NCBI RefSeq assembly: GCF_032444005.1
Contig: NC_091287.1
Location: 83,204,001-83,268,000, forward strand
Length of the DNA: 64,000 nt
Direction: 5' to 3'
From: Ranitomeya imitator
Taxonomy: Eukaryota
In this document: piece by piece, positions 35,015 to 47,464 of the stretch
How the letters are laid out: each line of letters starts with the position of its first letter
Numbering within the stretch: position 1 is the first letter of the stretch
Position numbers and translations under genes: made by a program
Notes under the pieces: generated by a model
What the model saw: only the letters and a program-made list of their open reading frames with translations
What the model was told of the DNA's origin: nothing
Databases searched by the model: none

Positions 35015-36167
35015 TAAGTACGGTAAACCATATTTAATATTACCATTGTCCATAACATCCCCTTGTTTAAAGTTATCATTATTTATCCCACATAATAAAT
35101 GCCACAAAAAACAAAAATAATTGTTTTTCTTCCTTCTGCCTCACAGAAATATGAAAGACTTTTATAAAAATTGCTAAAATCCAAACTTTTACTCCAATAG
35201 AGGAATGATGAATGGAGACCAACGTGTTTTCTCCAGAGCACTCCATTTAGTATAAATGAACATGATTACTATGCACTGTGTGGGAAAAATGCATTCATCC
35301 TAACAAGGCATGCACCCAAGCATGACATAGATTATTAACCAGAAGTTACCCCCAAGACAATGAACTAAACAGAAAGAAAACAGCAAACAATGACAATTTA
35401 GTATAATTTTCTTGATGTCCTTGATGCAGACAGCTGTGGTAAGATGCAGATTTCCTGCCTGCCACCTCCGATGTAAGTCCTTTACTGCTTGAAGCTACAC
35501 AGATGAAGTTCCCATCCATTCCTTTATTCATATTTTCCCATCCGTCTATTCTTCCTGGTGAATATTAAATTTTTGGGACAACTTTGCTTGTCAGGTCGGT
35601 ATATGGGATAAATAACACAAATATGAATAATGGGGTTGCAGAATGCAGGTCACTGTGTAAGCACGTATACTAGAGGACATACATATAATAACATAAGGTC
35701 TTGCTTAGCCTCCTTCCCATATCTTGACTTTATTTATTTATTGTCACTTTTTTTAAGCTGTTCTGAACATCTGATGAAGCTGTCCTGCAACATTTCATCT
35801 ATGGCCTGTGTGACTTTCAAAGACTATTGTGAAGGTCGAATTGTCCCCGATATAATACAGGCCCAGACATTTCATGGAATATGTGCCATTTGAAGTGAGT
35901 ATATTGCATAAGTTTATGGACAACTAGAATGAATTAAAATTAATTTATTATAGTTTAATGCTATACAGAAACATTGACGTGTTATTAACTAATTATGCTT
36001 ATTGCTTTCTATTCCTACTAATTGTATGCAAATATGCATAATCATAGTTTAATAAATTATTTGTAAACTTTAAAATATACACTTGTATGCATTTCTAATT
36101 TTTTTTTTTTTTAAACTAGGTGTTTTGTGGTTTAGGAAAAATACCCATGAGGAAAAAATGGTTTTAA

Positions 36168-39049
36168 CCCCTTTACAACTCGTGACAGAAATAACATGTC
36201 ATGAGCCGGTGTCAGTTCCCGCATCATGACGAGCTATGCACGTGATGGATTAAAACTGTCCCTGCATTTAAACACATAGTGATAGGTCTGTGCCGACAGC
36301 TGTCACTGACTGCTGAGTGGCATAGGCAGGAACCCATGTTAGAGGTCCACGCACTCAGATTGGTCAGTCAATCTGAAGTATCAGCACCTCCTGCTCGATC
36401 ACCGCAGGAGCTCTGCATAGCTAACAGCCGAGCACCTGTAGTAACAGCAAGGGATGATGCCAGCACTCCCCCGCTGTTTAACCCTCCCTTCAGATCGCCA
36501 CCCACGCAACCTCATTGTGAAGGCCCGATCATTGCCATGGTAAACTGGGGCTCTCATGATGACCCCCAGGTCACAAAACTATGTAAAGCATCTTAGACCA
36601 TGCTCAGAGCATGGTGTAAAAAAGCTTCTGTCAATGCAGCACTGACAGGTATAAAGCATTGCAATATACCAGCGTTAAGAGCCATGAAAGGTAAAGTCCC
36701 ATAGGGAGACTAAGTAAAAAGTAAAAAAAACCTAAAAAATATTTTTTTAAAAATTCACAAAATAAGAAAGAAAATACACCCATAAAAACATATTTTTGTG
36801 CAAAAAGTACACATATTTGGTATCACTGCATGCGCAATGAGCCGATTTATAAACCTGTCACACTAGTTAACCCCTTCAGTAAACACTGTAAAAAAAAAAT
36901 CATGTCAAACTATGGTTTTTCATCACACCACTGGAAAAAAGTAGGATAATACATAATCAGAAAGACAAATGTAAATAAAAAAAGTCAACTCCTAAGAAAA
37001 TCAATTTGTTTCTACCACAAAGATGTGTCTAATAAATAGATTGACCCCTGGAATAAGCTTTCATTAGCGAAACGTGCATTGGGCGTGGTGGGTCCATGGC
37101 TCCCTGCACTGCTGGAAACTTTACTTTTAGGTCCTCTATGTCTATGTTCGTTATTGTATTGATGCTGTTCCTTTGAGTTTGTTATGTGGATGCAATATTC
37201 TTATCGGTACTGCTGTCCTGACACCAAAGGGTCTCTGCCAAAGTGACATGGCACTTGCAAATCATATGGAGCAATGTCATACTCATACAGACATTGTGTA
37301 ACAAATTTATGCTCCATTTTCTCCTATTAGCCCTTTTGAAAATTAAAAAGCTTGGAGCTAGAACAACATTTAGTGCGAAAAAATGCAACTCTTCATTTTC
37401 ACAGCCCAATCTTATACAATTCTGTGAAATAGAGGTGGGTTTAAAATACTCACTACAACCCTATTGGAATTCTTTAAGAGGTGTAGTTATCAAAACTGGG
37501 GTCACTTGTGGGGGTTTCCACTGTTGAGGCACATCAGGGGCTCTACAAATGTAACATGGTGTCCACAATCTATTCCAGACAATTATGCACTCCAAAATTC
37601 AAATTGTGCTTCTTCCCTTCCGAGTGCCCATACAGTAGTTATCTGCCACATATGTGGTATCGGTGTACTCAGGAGAAATTGCACACGTTGTATGGTCCAT
37701 TTTATCCTGTTTCCCTTGTGAAAATGAAAAATTTGCGGCTAAAACAATATTTTTGGGGAAAAAATTGTCATTTTTAATCTTCACAATCAAATGGAGTCAC
37801 TTGTGAGGGGTTTCCACTGTTTAGGCACATGAGGACCTTTGTAAACACGTCATGAAGTTTGCTATCTATTCCAGACAATTTTACACTCCAAAAGTCAAAT
37901 GGTGCTCCTTCCCTTCCGAGCACTGCAGTGCACCCAAACAGTAGTTTTCCATCACATATAGGGTGATGTAATCAGTGTACTCAAATTGCACAATACATTT
38001 TGGGGTTCATTTTTTTCCTGTTACTATTGTCAAAATAAAAAATTTGGGGCTAAAACAACATTTCTGTGGGGAAAATGTGATTTTTTTATTTTCACACCTT
38101 AACTTTTTGCAAAGCATCTAGGAGTTCAAGTAGCTCACCACATATCTAAATAAGTTCTTTGAGGGGTCTTGATTCCAAAATGGGGTCACTTGAGAGGGGT
38201 GGGTTCCATTGTTTTTTCACATCATGGGCTCTCCAAATGAGACATAGCGTCCTCTACCAATTCCAGACAATTTTGCATTCCAAAAGGCAAATATTGCTCC
38301 TTCCTTTTTGAGCCCTAACAGTAATTTTCCATCATATATGGGCTATCGGTGCACTCAGAAGAAATCGCACAACAAATTATATGGTGCATTTTCTCCTGTT
38401 ACCCATGTGAAAATGCAAAATTTGGGGCTAAAATAAAAATTTTTGTGAAAAGAAAAAAATTCTGCTCATATAGCTTAAGTTCTGGTGAAGCATCTGAATG
38501 GTTAATAAACTTCTTGAATGTGGGTTTGAGCACTTAGAATGGTGTCACTTTTGGGTATTTTCTGTCACATATGCTTCTCAAAGTCACTTCAAATGTGATG
38601 TGGTCGTTAAAAAAATGGTTTTGTAAATTTGTTGGATATTGAGTAATTGCTGATAATCTTTTAACCCTTCTAACTTGCTAACAAAGAAAAATGATGTTTC
38701 AAAAATAATGCAGATGTAAAGTAGATAGGAAATTTTGTTTATTGACCAATTTAGTTTAAAGACATAGAAATTCAAGGTTTGAAAATTGTGAAATGTTCAA
38801 TTTTCTATGGTAAATTTTTGATATTTTCAAAAATAAACACAGATAATATCAAAAATTTACTGCTAGCATAAAGTAGAATATGTCATCATGAAAAAACAAT
38901 CTCAGAATAACTGGGATCTGTGTGTAAAGCATTCCAGAGTTAATTATTACCTCATCAAATGACTCTGGTCAGATTTATTATTATTATTATTATTATTTAA
39001 AAAATTAGGCTCAGTCACTAACGTGGAAAGTGGCTCAGCCCTTAAGTGG
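36168..39049. mobile_element. piggyBac-like non-autonomous element with ~300-390-bp internal repeats
   Basis: TTAA (36164-36167)-CCCCTT ... AAGTGG-TTAA (39050-39053); internal repeat anchors G(G/A)GTCACTTG near 37498, 37793 and 38182. Confidence 0.75.
37045..37083 (+). ncRNA. Degraded minimal hammerhead-like motif
   Basis: CCC-CTGGAATA-A-GCT-TTCATT-AGC-GAAAC-GTGC-ATT-GGG: stem I (CCC/GGG), stem II and GAAAC are retained; the CUGANGA core and the cleavage triplet are mutated. Confidence 0.45.
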
Positions 39050-39529
39050 TTAAAGGATATGAACACATTTGGGGTATAATGTTTTACTTTAATGTATTTT
39101 GGGCTAAAAATAAATTTTGCTTTTTGGTTCCAATAAAAAAAATATTTGGCTTTTACAAATTCTTTTGTTTGGCTTTCTTTAGCATGAGTTAAATGTGAAT
39201 CTGTCAGTCAGCTCGTTTCCACTCTTTATCTGTCTTTTTCTGAATTCCTCTTAGCTGATATATGACTACAAAGTTCAGCTCAACTGATGTGCTGCTCAAT
39301 CAGCTGAGAGGAGATCAGAAAAAGACAAAAAAAAATTACAAACTCTCCAGTCAGTAGATTCTGTCATTCTGTAGTCAGCAGTACAGAGCACAACGTAGAC
39401 TATAGAAACCAAATGATGCTCTTATCCTTTAAATACAGAAGTAACCTACACTTATCTAGTCTTTGCTAAGGCCAGTGATTAGCTGCAGTGGTCAGATGCC
39501 CATGGACTATAGATCATCACTCGAAATCA

Positions 39530-39973
39530 AAGAATATTCATATGTGAGAATGGCTCAGTCGAGATCCCGACCTAAAACCCATTAAAAATCTGTGACAATA
39601 TTTGAAAATTGATGTTCACAGATGCTTCTGTCCAATGTCACTGAGCTAGAGTGAGTGTACAAAGGAGAAGGGGCAAAGATTTCAGCCTCTAGATGTGCAA
39701 AGCTGGTATGCAAACCCCAAAAGACTTGCAGCAGTAATTTGCAGCAAAAAGTGCTCCTACAAATCATCAGGCTACGGGAACTAAATACAAACGCATGTCA
39801 CAATTTTCAGATTTATATTTTTAAAATAATTAGAAAACTATGTATAATTTCCTTAACACTTCACAAATACTTGACACTTATTTTTGGTATATCACATACA
39901 TTCCCAATATGAGATGTAACGTAAAACAATGTTGAAACATTCACGAGGTATGAATACTTTTTCAAGGAACTGT
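39530..39973 (+). mobile_element. Tc1 3' fragment with right TIR
   Basis: Degenerate coding for PDLNPIENLW...KISASRCAKLV...AKG; ends TGAATACTTTTTCAAGGAACTG-TA. Confidence 0.8.
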
Positions 39974-40054
39974 AATCAATTATATATTTTGATAGACTTT
40001 TACAGATACAGCAATGCTACAGATGTTTACTTTTTTGTAATGATTTCTTTGTTT

Positions 40055-42330
40055 TTAATCCTGAAGCCGGTTTCCACCTTCCTGACAAAGGCCAAATTTT
40101 ACAATTCTGACCAGTGTCAATTTATGTGGTTATAACTCTGGAATTCTTTAATGGGTCACACTGATTCAGAGAATATTTTCTTGTGACATATTATATTTCA
40201 TGATAACGGTAAAATTTGCTTGATATGACTTACATTTATTTGTCAAAATATCGAAAATTTGCCAAAAATGTGGACAATTTTGTAATTTTCAATTTTTTTT
40301 ATTATGCCCTTATATCAGAGAGTTATGTCACACAAAATAGTTAGTAAATAATATTTCCCATGTGCCTGCTTTATATCAGCACAATTTTTTAAACATAATT
40401 TTTGGTAGGAAGTTATAAGGGTTAAAAGTTGACCAGTAATTTCAACAAAATTTACAAAACCATTTTTTTAGAGAGCACATTACGACTGAAATTACTTTGA
40501 GGGGTCTATATGACATAAAATACCCAAAAGTGATATCATTCTAAAAACTGCACCCCTCAAGGTGTTTAAAACAATATGCAAGAAATGTATTACCGCTTCA
40601 GGTGCTTCAAAGGAATTAACGAAATATAGAAGGAAAAAATGAACATTTACATTTTTTTTCACAAAAAATTTACTTTAAACCCAATTTTTAAATTTTTGCA
40701 ATGGTAACAGAAAAAATGGACCCCCAAAATTTGTTGTGCTGTTTCTCCTGAGATTGCTGATACCCCATATGTGAGAAAAACCACTGTTTGAACACCTGGC
40801 AGAGCTCGGAAGGGAAGGAGTGTCATTTGACTTTTTGAATGTAAAATTTGCTGTAATAATTAGCCATGCCATTTTGAGCTTGGAGAGGCGGTGATGGGCC
40901 TAAACAGTAGAAACCCCCCACATGTGACACCATTTTGGAAACTATACCCCTCTGCGAACTTATCTAGATGTGTGCGGAGCACCTTGAACCCCCTTCTGCT
41001 TCACAAAAGTTTGTAATGTTAAGCCTTGAAAATAAAAGAAAATAACATTTTTCACTCAAAAATGTGTTTTAGCCCCAAATCTTTGCTTTTTCACAAGGGT
41101 AACATTAGAAACGGCACCATGCAATTTGTTATCCAATTTCTCCTGAGTATGCTGATACTTCATATGTGGGAGAAAACTACTGTATTGGTGCATGGCAGGA
41201 AACAGAAGGGAAGCACCATTTTGGAAACTAGACCCCTCAGGAAACTTATCTAGATGTGTGGTGAGCACCTTCAACATCCCGGTGCTTCACAGAAATTTAT
41301 TATGTTAAGCAGTGAAAATAGAAAATTACATATTTCCCACAAAAATTTTCTCTTAGCAGGAGGAAAAAATGCACATAAAATTTGCTGTATAATTTCTCCT
41401 GAGTACGTCGATACCCAAAATCTGGTGGAAAACTACTTTTTGTGCACACTGCAGGGTTTGTAAGGGAAGGAGTGCCATTTGACTTTTTGAATGCAAAATT
41501 TGCTGAAATCATTGCTGGATGCCATGTCGAGTTTGGAGAGCCCCTGATGTGCCTAAGGAGTGGAACCCCCCACAAGTGACCCCATTTTAGAAACTAGACC
41601 CCTCAAGGAACTTATCCAGATGTGTGGTGAGCACCTTGAAACCCCAGGTGCTTCATACAAGTTTATAACGTTGAGCGGTGAAAAATAACAAAAATCCCAT
41701 TTCTCCCACAAAAATATTTAGCCCAAAAATTTTTATTTACAAAAGAGTAAAAGGAATAAATGGAGCCCAAAATGTGTTGTGCAATTTCTCCTGAGTATGC
41801 AGATACCCCATATGTTGGGGGGAAACAGCAGAGCTCAGAAAGAATGGAGTGATATTTTGGAAAGCAGATTCTGCAGGTGATATGTCACGTTTGGAGAGCC
41901 CCTGATGTGCCTAAACCATGGAAACCCCACACAAGTGACTCTATATTGGAAACTCGAACCCCTCAAGAAATATATCTAGATGTGTAGTGACACCTTGAAC
42001 CCAAAGGTGCTTCACAGAAGTTGATAACGTTAAGCCATGAAAATAAAAAGATCACATTTTTCAAACAAAAATGTTTTTAGCCCCAAATTTTTTCATTTTA
42101 TTAAGTTTAACAGGGAAAAATGGACTACGAAATGTTCTCTTAGCCCCATTTTTTTATTTTCACAAATTTGTTGTGCAATTTCTCCTGAGCACATCAATAT
42201 CTCATGTGTCCAAAACTACTTTTGAGTCACAGTGCAAATATCAGAAAAGAATAAGCGCCATATTGAAGTTCAGATTTTACTAGACTGATGTGAGAGTACC
42301 ATGTCACATTGGTAAAGCCCCTGAAGTGCC
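40055..42330. mobile_element. Second, inverted and truncated copy of the 36168-39049 family
   Basis: 40080-40560 aligns by eye with the reverse complement of 38520-39000; internal repeats are in the opposite orientation (CACAAGTGAC at 41572 and 41930). Confidence 0.72.
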
Positions 42331-43631
42331 AGAATAGCTGAACAGATTCAGAGTTTGCATCATATTCGCTCCGACAGTGTTTGGCTTTCAGTTATAGGGG
42401 TGGCGCCGACACGGTTTCAGTCACTGCTTTGTTTATAGAGTGGGAAGGCTGTAACCACACTCCCAGCAGTAACTGACAGTCGGCCCTAGTAATTAAATGA
42501 TTAGCCTGATGTCAGTCAGTGTGGTTACAGCTGCTGGTCTCAATGCACAGAGCAGTGACTGAAACCTTGTCAGAACCATCCTTATAACTGAATGCCTGAG
42601 CCTGCTGGGAGGAATAAAGTTGATTTCTTCCCAGCAGTGGGGCTCTCAGTGTTAGAACAATTTTAACCTGCAGATTAACCCTATATCTGCATGTTAATTG
42701 TGTTATTTTACATGACAGGTTCCCTCCAATATCATATCCAAATTTATACAGCATATTTGTTTTGATGCTGTCATGGATAACTGTAGATGTGATTACTAAT
42801 GTAAACGCTTACAGTTCCTATTCACTCCCCTCAAATTTAATTGCTTCTAATTACAGCTGCATTCATTTTTCAAGGTGTAAGGAAGGGTTGATTTTACAAC
42901 CTGCTCATATAAACAACACATAGATTTGCTACTGAATAGCACTGAAAGATCTGCTATCTGCTTTTGCCCTTCAGAAGTGGCAAAGGAAGGAGGAAGAAAT
43001 GCTGGTGATTAGTGTATTAGCAAGCAAAAAACTGCAATTTAACATGGCTGCCTACTGCCGTTGTCATGAGCAATTCCCCATTGTTCATTGAGACGATGTT
43101 CCTTCTTGAGTGAAGCTCTTGACTATAACTTCTGTAAGAATGACAACTAGTTTATTTTTGTTTTTTGTTTATAGACAAATAGAATGGTATTTAACAGAGA
43201 AACGCAAGATTCTACATTTGGGCAGGAAAAATGAAAATTACATTTATAGAATGGGAGGAAAAGAACTAAGCAAAAGCACGTCTGAAAAAGACTTGGGTAT
43301 ACTAATAGATCACAGATTGCACATGAGTCAACAGTGTGATGAAGCAGCAAAAAAAGGCAGACAGTTCTAGGATTCTAGCATAGAGTCTAGATCACATAAA
43401 GTAATTATTCTCTTCTACTTCTCCTTGGTCAGGCTTCATCTGAAATCATGTGTCCAGTTCTGTGCACCACATTTTAAAAAAGACATTGAAAAACTGGAGC
43501 AAGTTCAGAGAAGAGCTTCCAGGACGATGAGCCGACTGCAAAGTATGTTATATTAGAAACTGCTAATGGATCTGGGAATGTTTAGCTAGAAAAAAGAAGG
43601 CTAAGAGGTGACTCAATAGCGTCTACAAATA

Positions 43632-44175
43632 CAGCTCTGGCAAAAATTAAGAGACCACTGCAAAATGTTCAGTTTGTCTGATTTTTCTCTTTATAGGTAT
43701 ATTTTTGAGTAAAATGTAAATTGTTCTTTTAGTCTATAAACTTCTGACAACATGTCTTCAAATTTCCAAGCAATAAATTTTGCATTTTTTTCTGACAAAG
43801 AAAAATGGTCACATTTTTTTTTTTTAAAAACGCAGTGCTTTCAGACCTCAAAATAATGCAAAGAAAACAAGTTTATAATCATTTAGAATCAATACTAATG
43901 TTTTAACTCTGGAAGAGCTTAGAAATTAATATTTTGTGGAATAACCATGATTTTAAATCACAACAATTTTCATGTGTCTTGGCATACTTGACACCAGTCT
44001 TTCACACTGCTTCTGGCTCAAAAATGTGAGCAGTTCTTCTTTGTTTGATGGCTTGTGACTATCCATCATCCTCTTGATTACATTCCAGAGGTTGCCAATG
44101 GGGTTCAGGTCTGGAGAATGGGCTGCCAATGACAGGGTTTCGATGAGGTAGTGTCTTAATTTTTTGCCAAAGCTG
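43632..44175 (-). mobile_element. Internally deleted Tc1 element (544 bp)
   Basis: TIR CAGCT(C/T)TGGCAAAAATTAAGA at both ends; TA TSD at 43630-43631 and 44176-44177; transposase C-terminal remnant on the minus strand at 43970-44150. Confidence 0.9.
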
Positions 44176-44261
44176 TATCTGAAGGGATGTCACAGTGTAG
44201 AGAGCTGATTCTTATCTTCATTTGCACATAAAAACATGAGAAGCAATGGAATGAAACTTAA

Positions 44262-44996
44262 GGTACCGTCACACATAACGATATCGTTAACGATATCATT
44301 GCTTTTTGTGACGTAGCAACGATATCGTTAAGGAAATTGTTATGTGTGACAGCGACCAACGATCAGGCCCCTGCTGGGAGATCGTTGGTCGCTGAGGAAA
44401 GTCCAGAACTTTATTTCATCGCTGGATCTCCCGCTGACATCGCTGGATCGGCGTGTGTGACACCGATCCAGCGATGTCTTAACTGGTAACCAGGGTAAAC
44501 ATTGGGTTACTAAGCGCAGGGCCGCGCTTAGTAACCCGATTTTTACCCTGGTTACCAGCGTAAATGTTAAAAAAACAAACAGTACATACTTACCTTCAGC
44601 TGTATGTCCCCGGCGCTGTGCTTCTCTGCACTCCTCCTGCATCCTGTGTCAGCACCAGCCAGCCGGAAAGCACAGCGGTGATGTCACCGCTCTGCTTTCT
44701 GGCTGACCGGCGCTGACAGTGCAGAGGAAAGCAGAGCGCCGGAGGACAGACAGCTGAAGGTAAGTATGTAGTGTTTGTTTTTTTAACATTTACGCTGGTA
44801 ACCAGGGTAAACATCGGGTTACTAAGCGCGGCCCTGCGCTTAGTAACCCGATGTTTACCCTGGTTACCGGGGACCTCGGGATCGTTGGTCGCTGGAGAGC
44901 TGTCTGTGTGACAGCTCTCCAGCGACCAAACAGCGATGCTGCAGCGATCGACATCGTTGTCGGTATCACTGCAGCGTCGCTTAGTGTGACGGTACC
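44262..44996. mobile_element. Young TTAA-flanked palindromic MITE (GGTACCGTCACAC termini)
   Basis: TTAA at 44258-44261 and 44997-45000; CpG-rich; two internal near-perfect hairpins. Confidence 0.93.
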
Positions 44997-46069
44997 TTAA
45001 AAGGGAGAAGATATAGATTAGATATTAGAAAAAAAACTTTTTGATATGGAGGGTGATCAATGAGTGAAACAGGCTGCCATGAGAGGTGGTAAGTTCTCAT
45101 TCAATGGAAGTCTTCAAACAGAGGCAGGACAGACATCTGCCTGAGATGGTTTAGTGAATCCTGCATTGAGCAGAGGGTTGGACAAGATGACACTAGAGGT
45201 CCCTTACAACTATAACATTCTATGATTCTATGATAGATGGAGATGCATTGAAATATTATGTGGGTGTAGGCAAATTAATATACAATGAAGAATAGCTCTC
45301 TCCTTGTTGCACTGCCTAAGCTTCTTGCCATTTTCTGCCAAAATATTTACAGCTTCTAGGAGTGGCAATACTCAAAGCAGAGATCTGCTTGTGCAAAAAT
45401 TCAGTGTTGACATGAAAGTTGGACAAACTAGTGCAATAGATGTTTCCACTTCTACATATTATTTCCTTTATACGCATAATTTATTTCCATTCATATCCGG
45501 CTACCAGTTAAATAACTTAGAACTAAAGATATGTTTTGTTGCACATTTTTGAAGCAGAAAACATTAGGAAATGTAAATTCCGGAGGTAAATGTTCCATGA
45601 AATTTCTATACAACTAAACAGCAAAATGTAATGGGCCATTTGCTGAGTGAGTTACACAATGCACTACATAATTGTGTTACCTGTTATAGACATCTAGAAA
45701 AATCTGCAGTACTTAGATGCTTGATTACCATTGTTTATATTGCAATTATAAAATTTGCTTTTGCAAACAACTGTATTGCTCTTTTTACTTGCTTCATTTT
45801 AAAACATTTTAAATGTTTTATTTTTACACATAGATCCAAAAATGTGTTGGTTGGTAGTGCTTCATGGGTTTTGTTGGGAAGTACTGCCAGATCTGCACAT
45901 TTTTCTTGCCATGAACATCTAAAAACTTTATAGAAATTATCAGACAATGTTAACAAATCGACATCCAAGTTCCAGGTGATGATATCAAAATGTGTTTTTT
46001 TCTGCCAATGACATGAGAGACAAGGTTTTACCTTGTTATTTTGGTAAAATAAATCACAGTTTGATAATA

Positions 46070-46352
46070 ACAATAATAATAATAATCTTTATTTTTATAT
46101 AGCGCTAACATATTCCGCAGCGCTTTACAGTTTGCACACAATATCATCGCTGTCCGCGATGGGGCTCACAATCTAAATTCCCTATCAATAAGGCTTTAGA
46201 ATGTGGGAGGAAACCGGAGTGCTCAGGGTAAACCCACGTAAACACGGAGAGAACATACAAACTCCTTGTAGATGTTGTCCTTGGTGGGATTTCAAGCCAG
46301 GACTCCAGTGCTGCAATGCTACAGTGCTAACCACTGAACCACCGTGCTGCCC
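46070..46352 (-). mobile_element. tRNA-derived SINE (V-SINE-like)
   Basis: Reverse-complement homolog of 7758-8035, with (TAA)n tail at 46070. Confidence 0.9.
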
Positions 46353-46649
46353 TGTTTGATATAATTACCTGGAATGTGGATGCTGTTTATTTTGCATATG
46401 TTGGATTTTTTCAAGTGGGTTTCTTGGAGTGTTGGACTTTGTGTCTCTCTGGATAGTGCTGCTAGTCATCTGATTTTTCTGTAATGTTAACAAATTAGTG
46501 AGATCCATCAGGATCTATAGGTAAAAGATCTTACATTACTGTCAGGAGCAGAATTCATAGCAATAGTTTGGACAGTCTATGGGTAAAGTTATGCAAAAAC
46601 ATCAGTCCCTATATTAAGATAGTTCACAGTAGTCCACAGTCTAGAGTTT

Positions 46650-47140
46650 AAAAAGGGTTAGAGAGGACTATTTTATTTTTTTCTGCTGGGTCTAAAAACT
46701 TACAGTCAGGTAGTTCCTAACTACCTGCCTGTACTGCCCGATGTTGATCTATGTCAGCTCAGAGCAATCACGGACCGTGCCTGCTGACAATTCTGTGATT
46801 TCTGGTGATGTCACATCGACAAAGCAACTGCTTCTCTCACGCTCTGCTCTGTTCATGGGAGGTCCCTGCCGATGTCATGCTGATTGACAGCCAGCTCCCT
46901 GCTGAATAACTGCAGGGAGTTGGCTGTCATTCAGCATGACATAAGCAGTTACGCCCCATCATCAGAACAGCCCAGTAAAGGAAGAGCTGATATGTTGATG
47001 TGAAGCAGCAGAATTATCAGCAGGAGCAGTCTGTGATTGGTCTCACCCGGCATCGAGCAGAACAGGCAGGTAGTTAGTAACTACCTGCATGTCAGCTCTT
47101 AGCCTTATAAGAAAAGTGAATTAGTCCTAGACAACTCTTT
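46650..47140. mobile_element. Degenerate T2-like MITE
   Basis: TTAAAAAGGGTT.GAGAGGACTA left end / TAGTCCTAGACAACTCTTT right end; inverted CAGGTAGTT..TAACTACCTG modules. Confidence 0.6.
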
Positions 47141-47387
47141 GAAATATTTCTAGTACTACATATATGCAAAAAAGCTGAGGAGAAAAAATAGCTCAAGGAT
47201 AGGGTCTTATCTGGTTAATAAATATCAGAAATTGTAACGATATATGCTGATCTGATCCAGGGATGAAAGGCTGCTGTGGATCCACAGGTGATCTCATCAG
47301 AAGAGAAAATACAACATGGAGAGTTTGTGTTCCATATCCGCGCTGCTAGCTTGTGAAGACACGTCAGATACCAGAAGTATTATAAAA

Positions 47388-47420
47388 AACGCGTTTCACA
47401 GTGTAACCCACTTCTTCAGG
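47388..47420 (-). ncRNA. Minimal hammerhead-like motif with intact core and CpG-decayed stem II
   Basis: Minus strand reads C-CTGAAGA-A-GTGG-GTTACA-CTGT-GAAAC-GC-GTT. Stem II becomes perfect GCGG/CCGC if three CpG>TpG changes are reversed. Stem I partner is missing. Confidence 0.58.
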
Positions 47421-47464
47421 AAATAAAAAACCATATTGATATGATGTCCAACGTTTCTAAATAA

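Larger units (their letters stand above)
43170..45235 (+). mobile_element. CR1 3' fragment interrupted by two DNA transposons
   Basis: Coding for CKILHLGRKN...EKDLGILIDH...LEQVQRRA. Removing 43632-44177 rejoins GTCTACAAATA/TCTGAAGGG (VYKYLKG). Ends in a (TTCTATGA)n tail near 45215-45235. Confidence 0.88.

Noticed and set aside
42975-43004. 30-nt candidate exon after a strong acceptor (CTTTTGCCCTTCAG)
   Set aside because: Donor GTGATT is weak and the peptide is not recognised.
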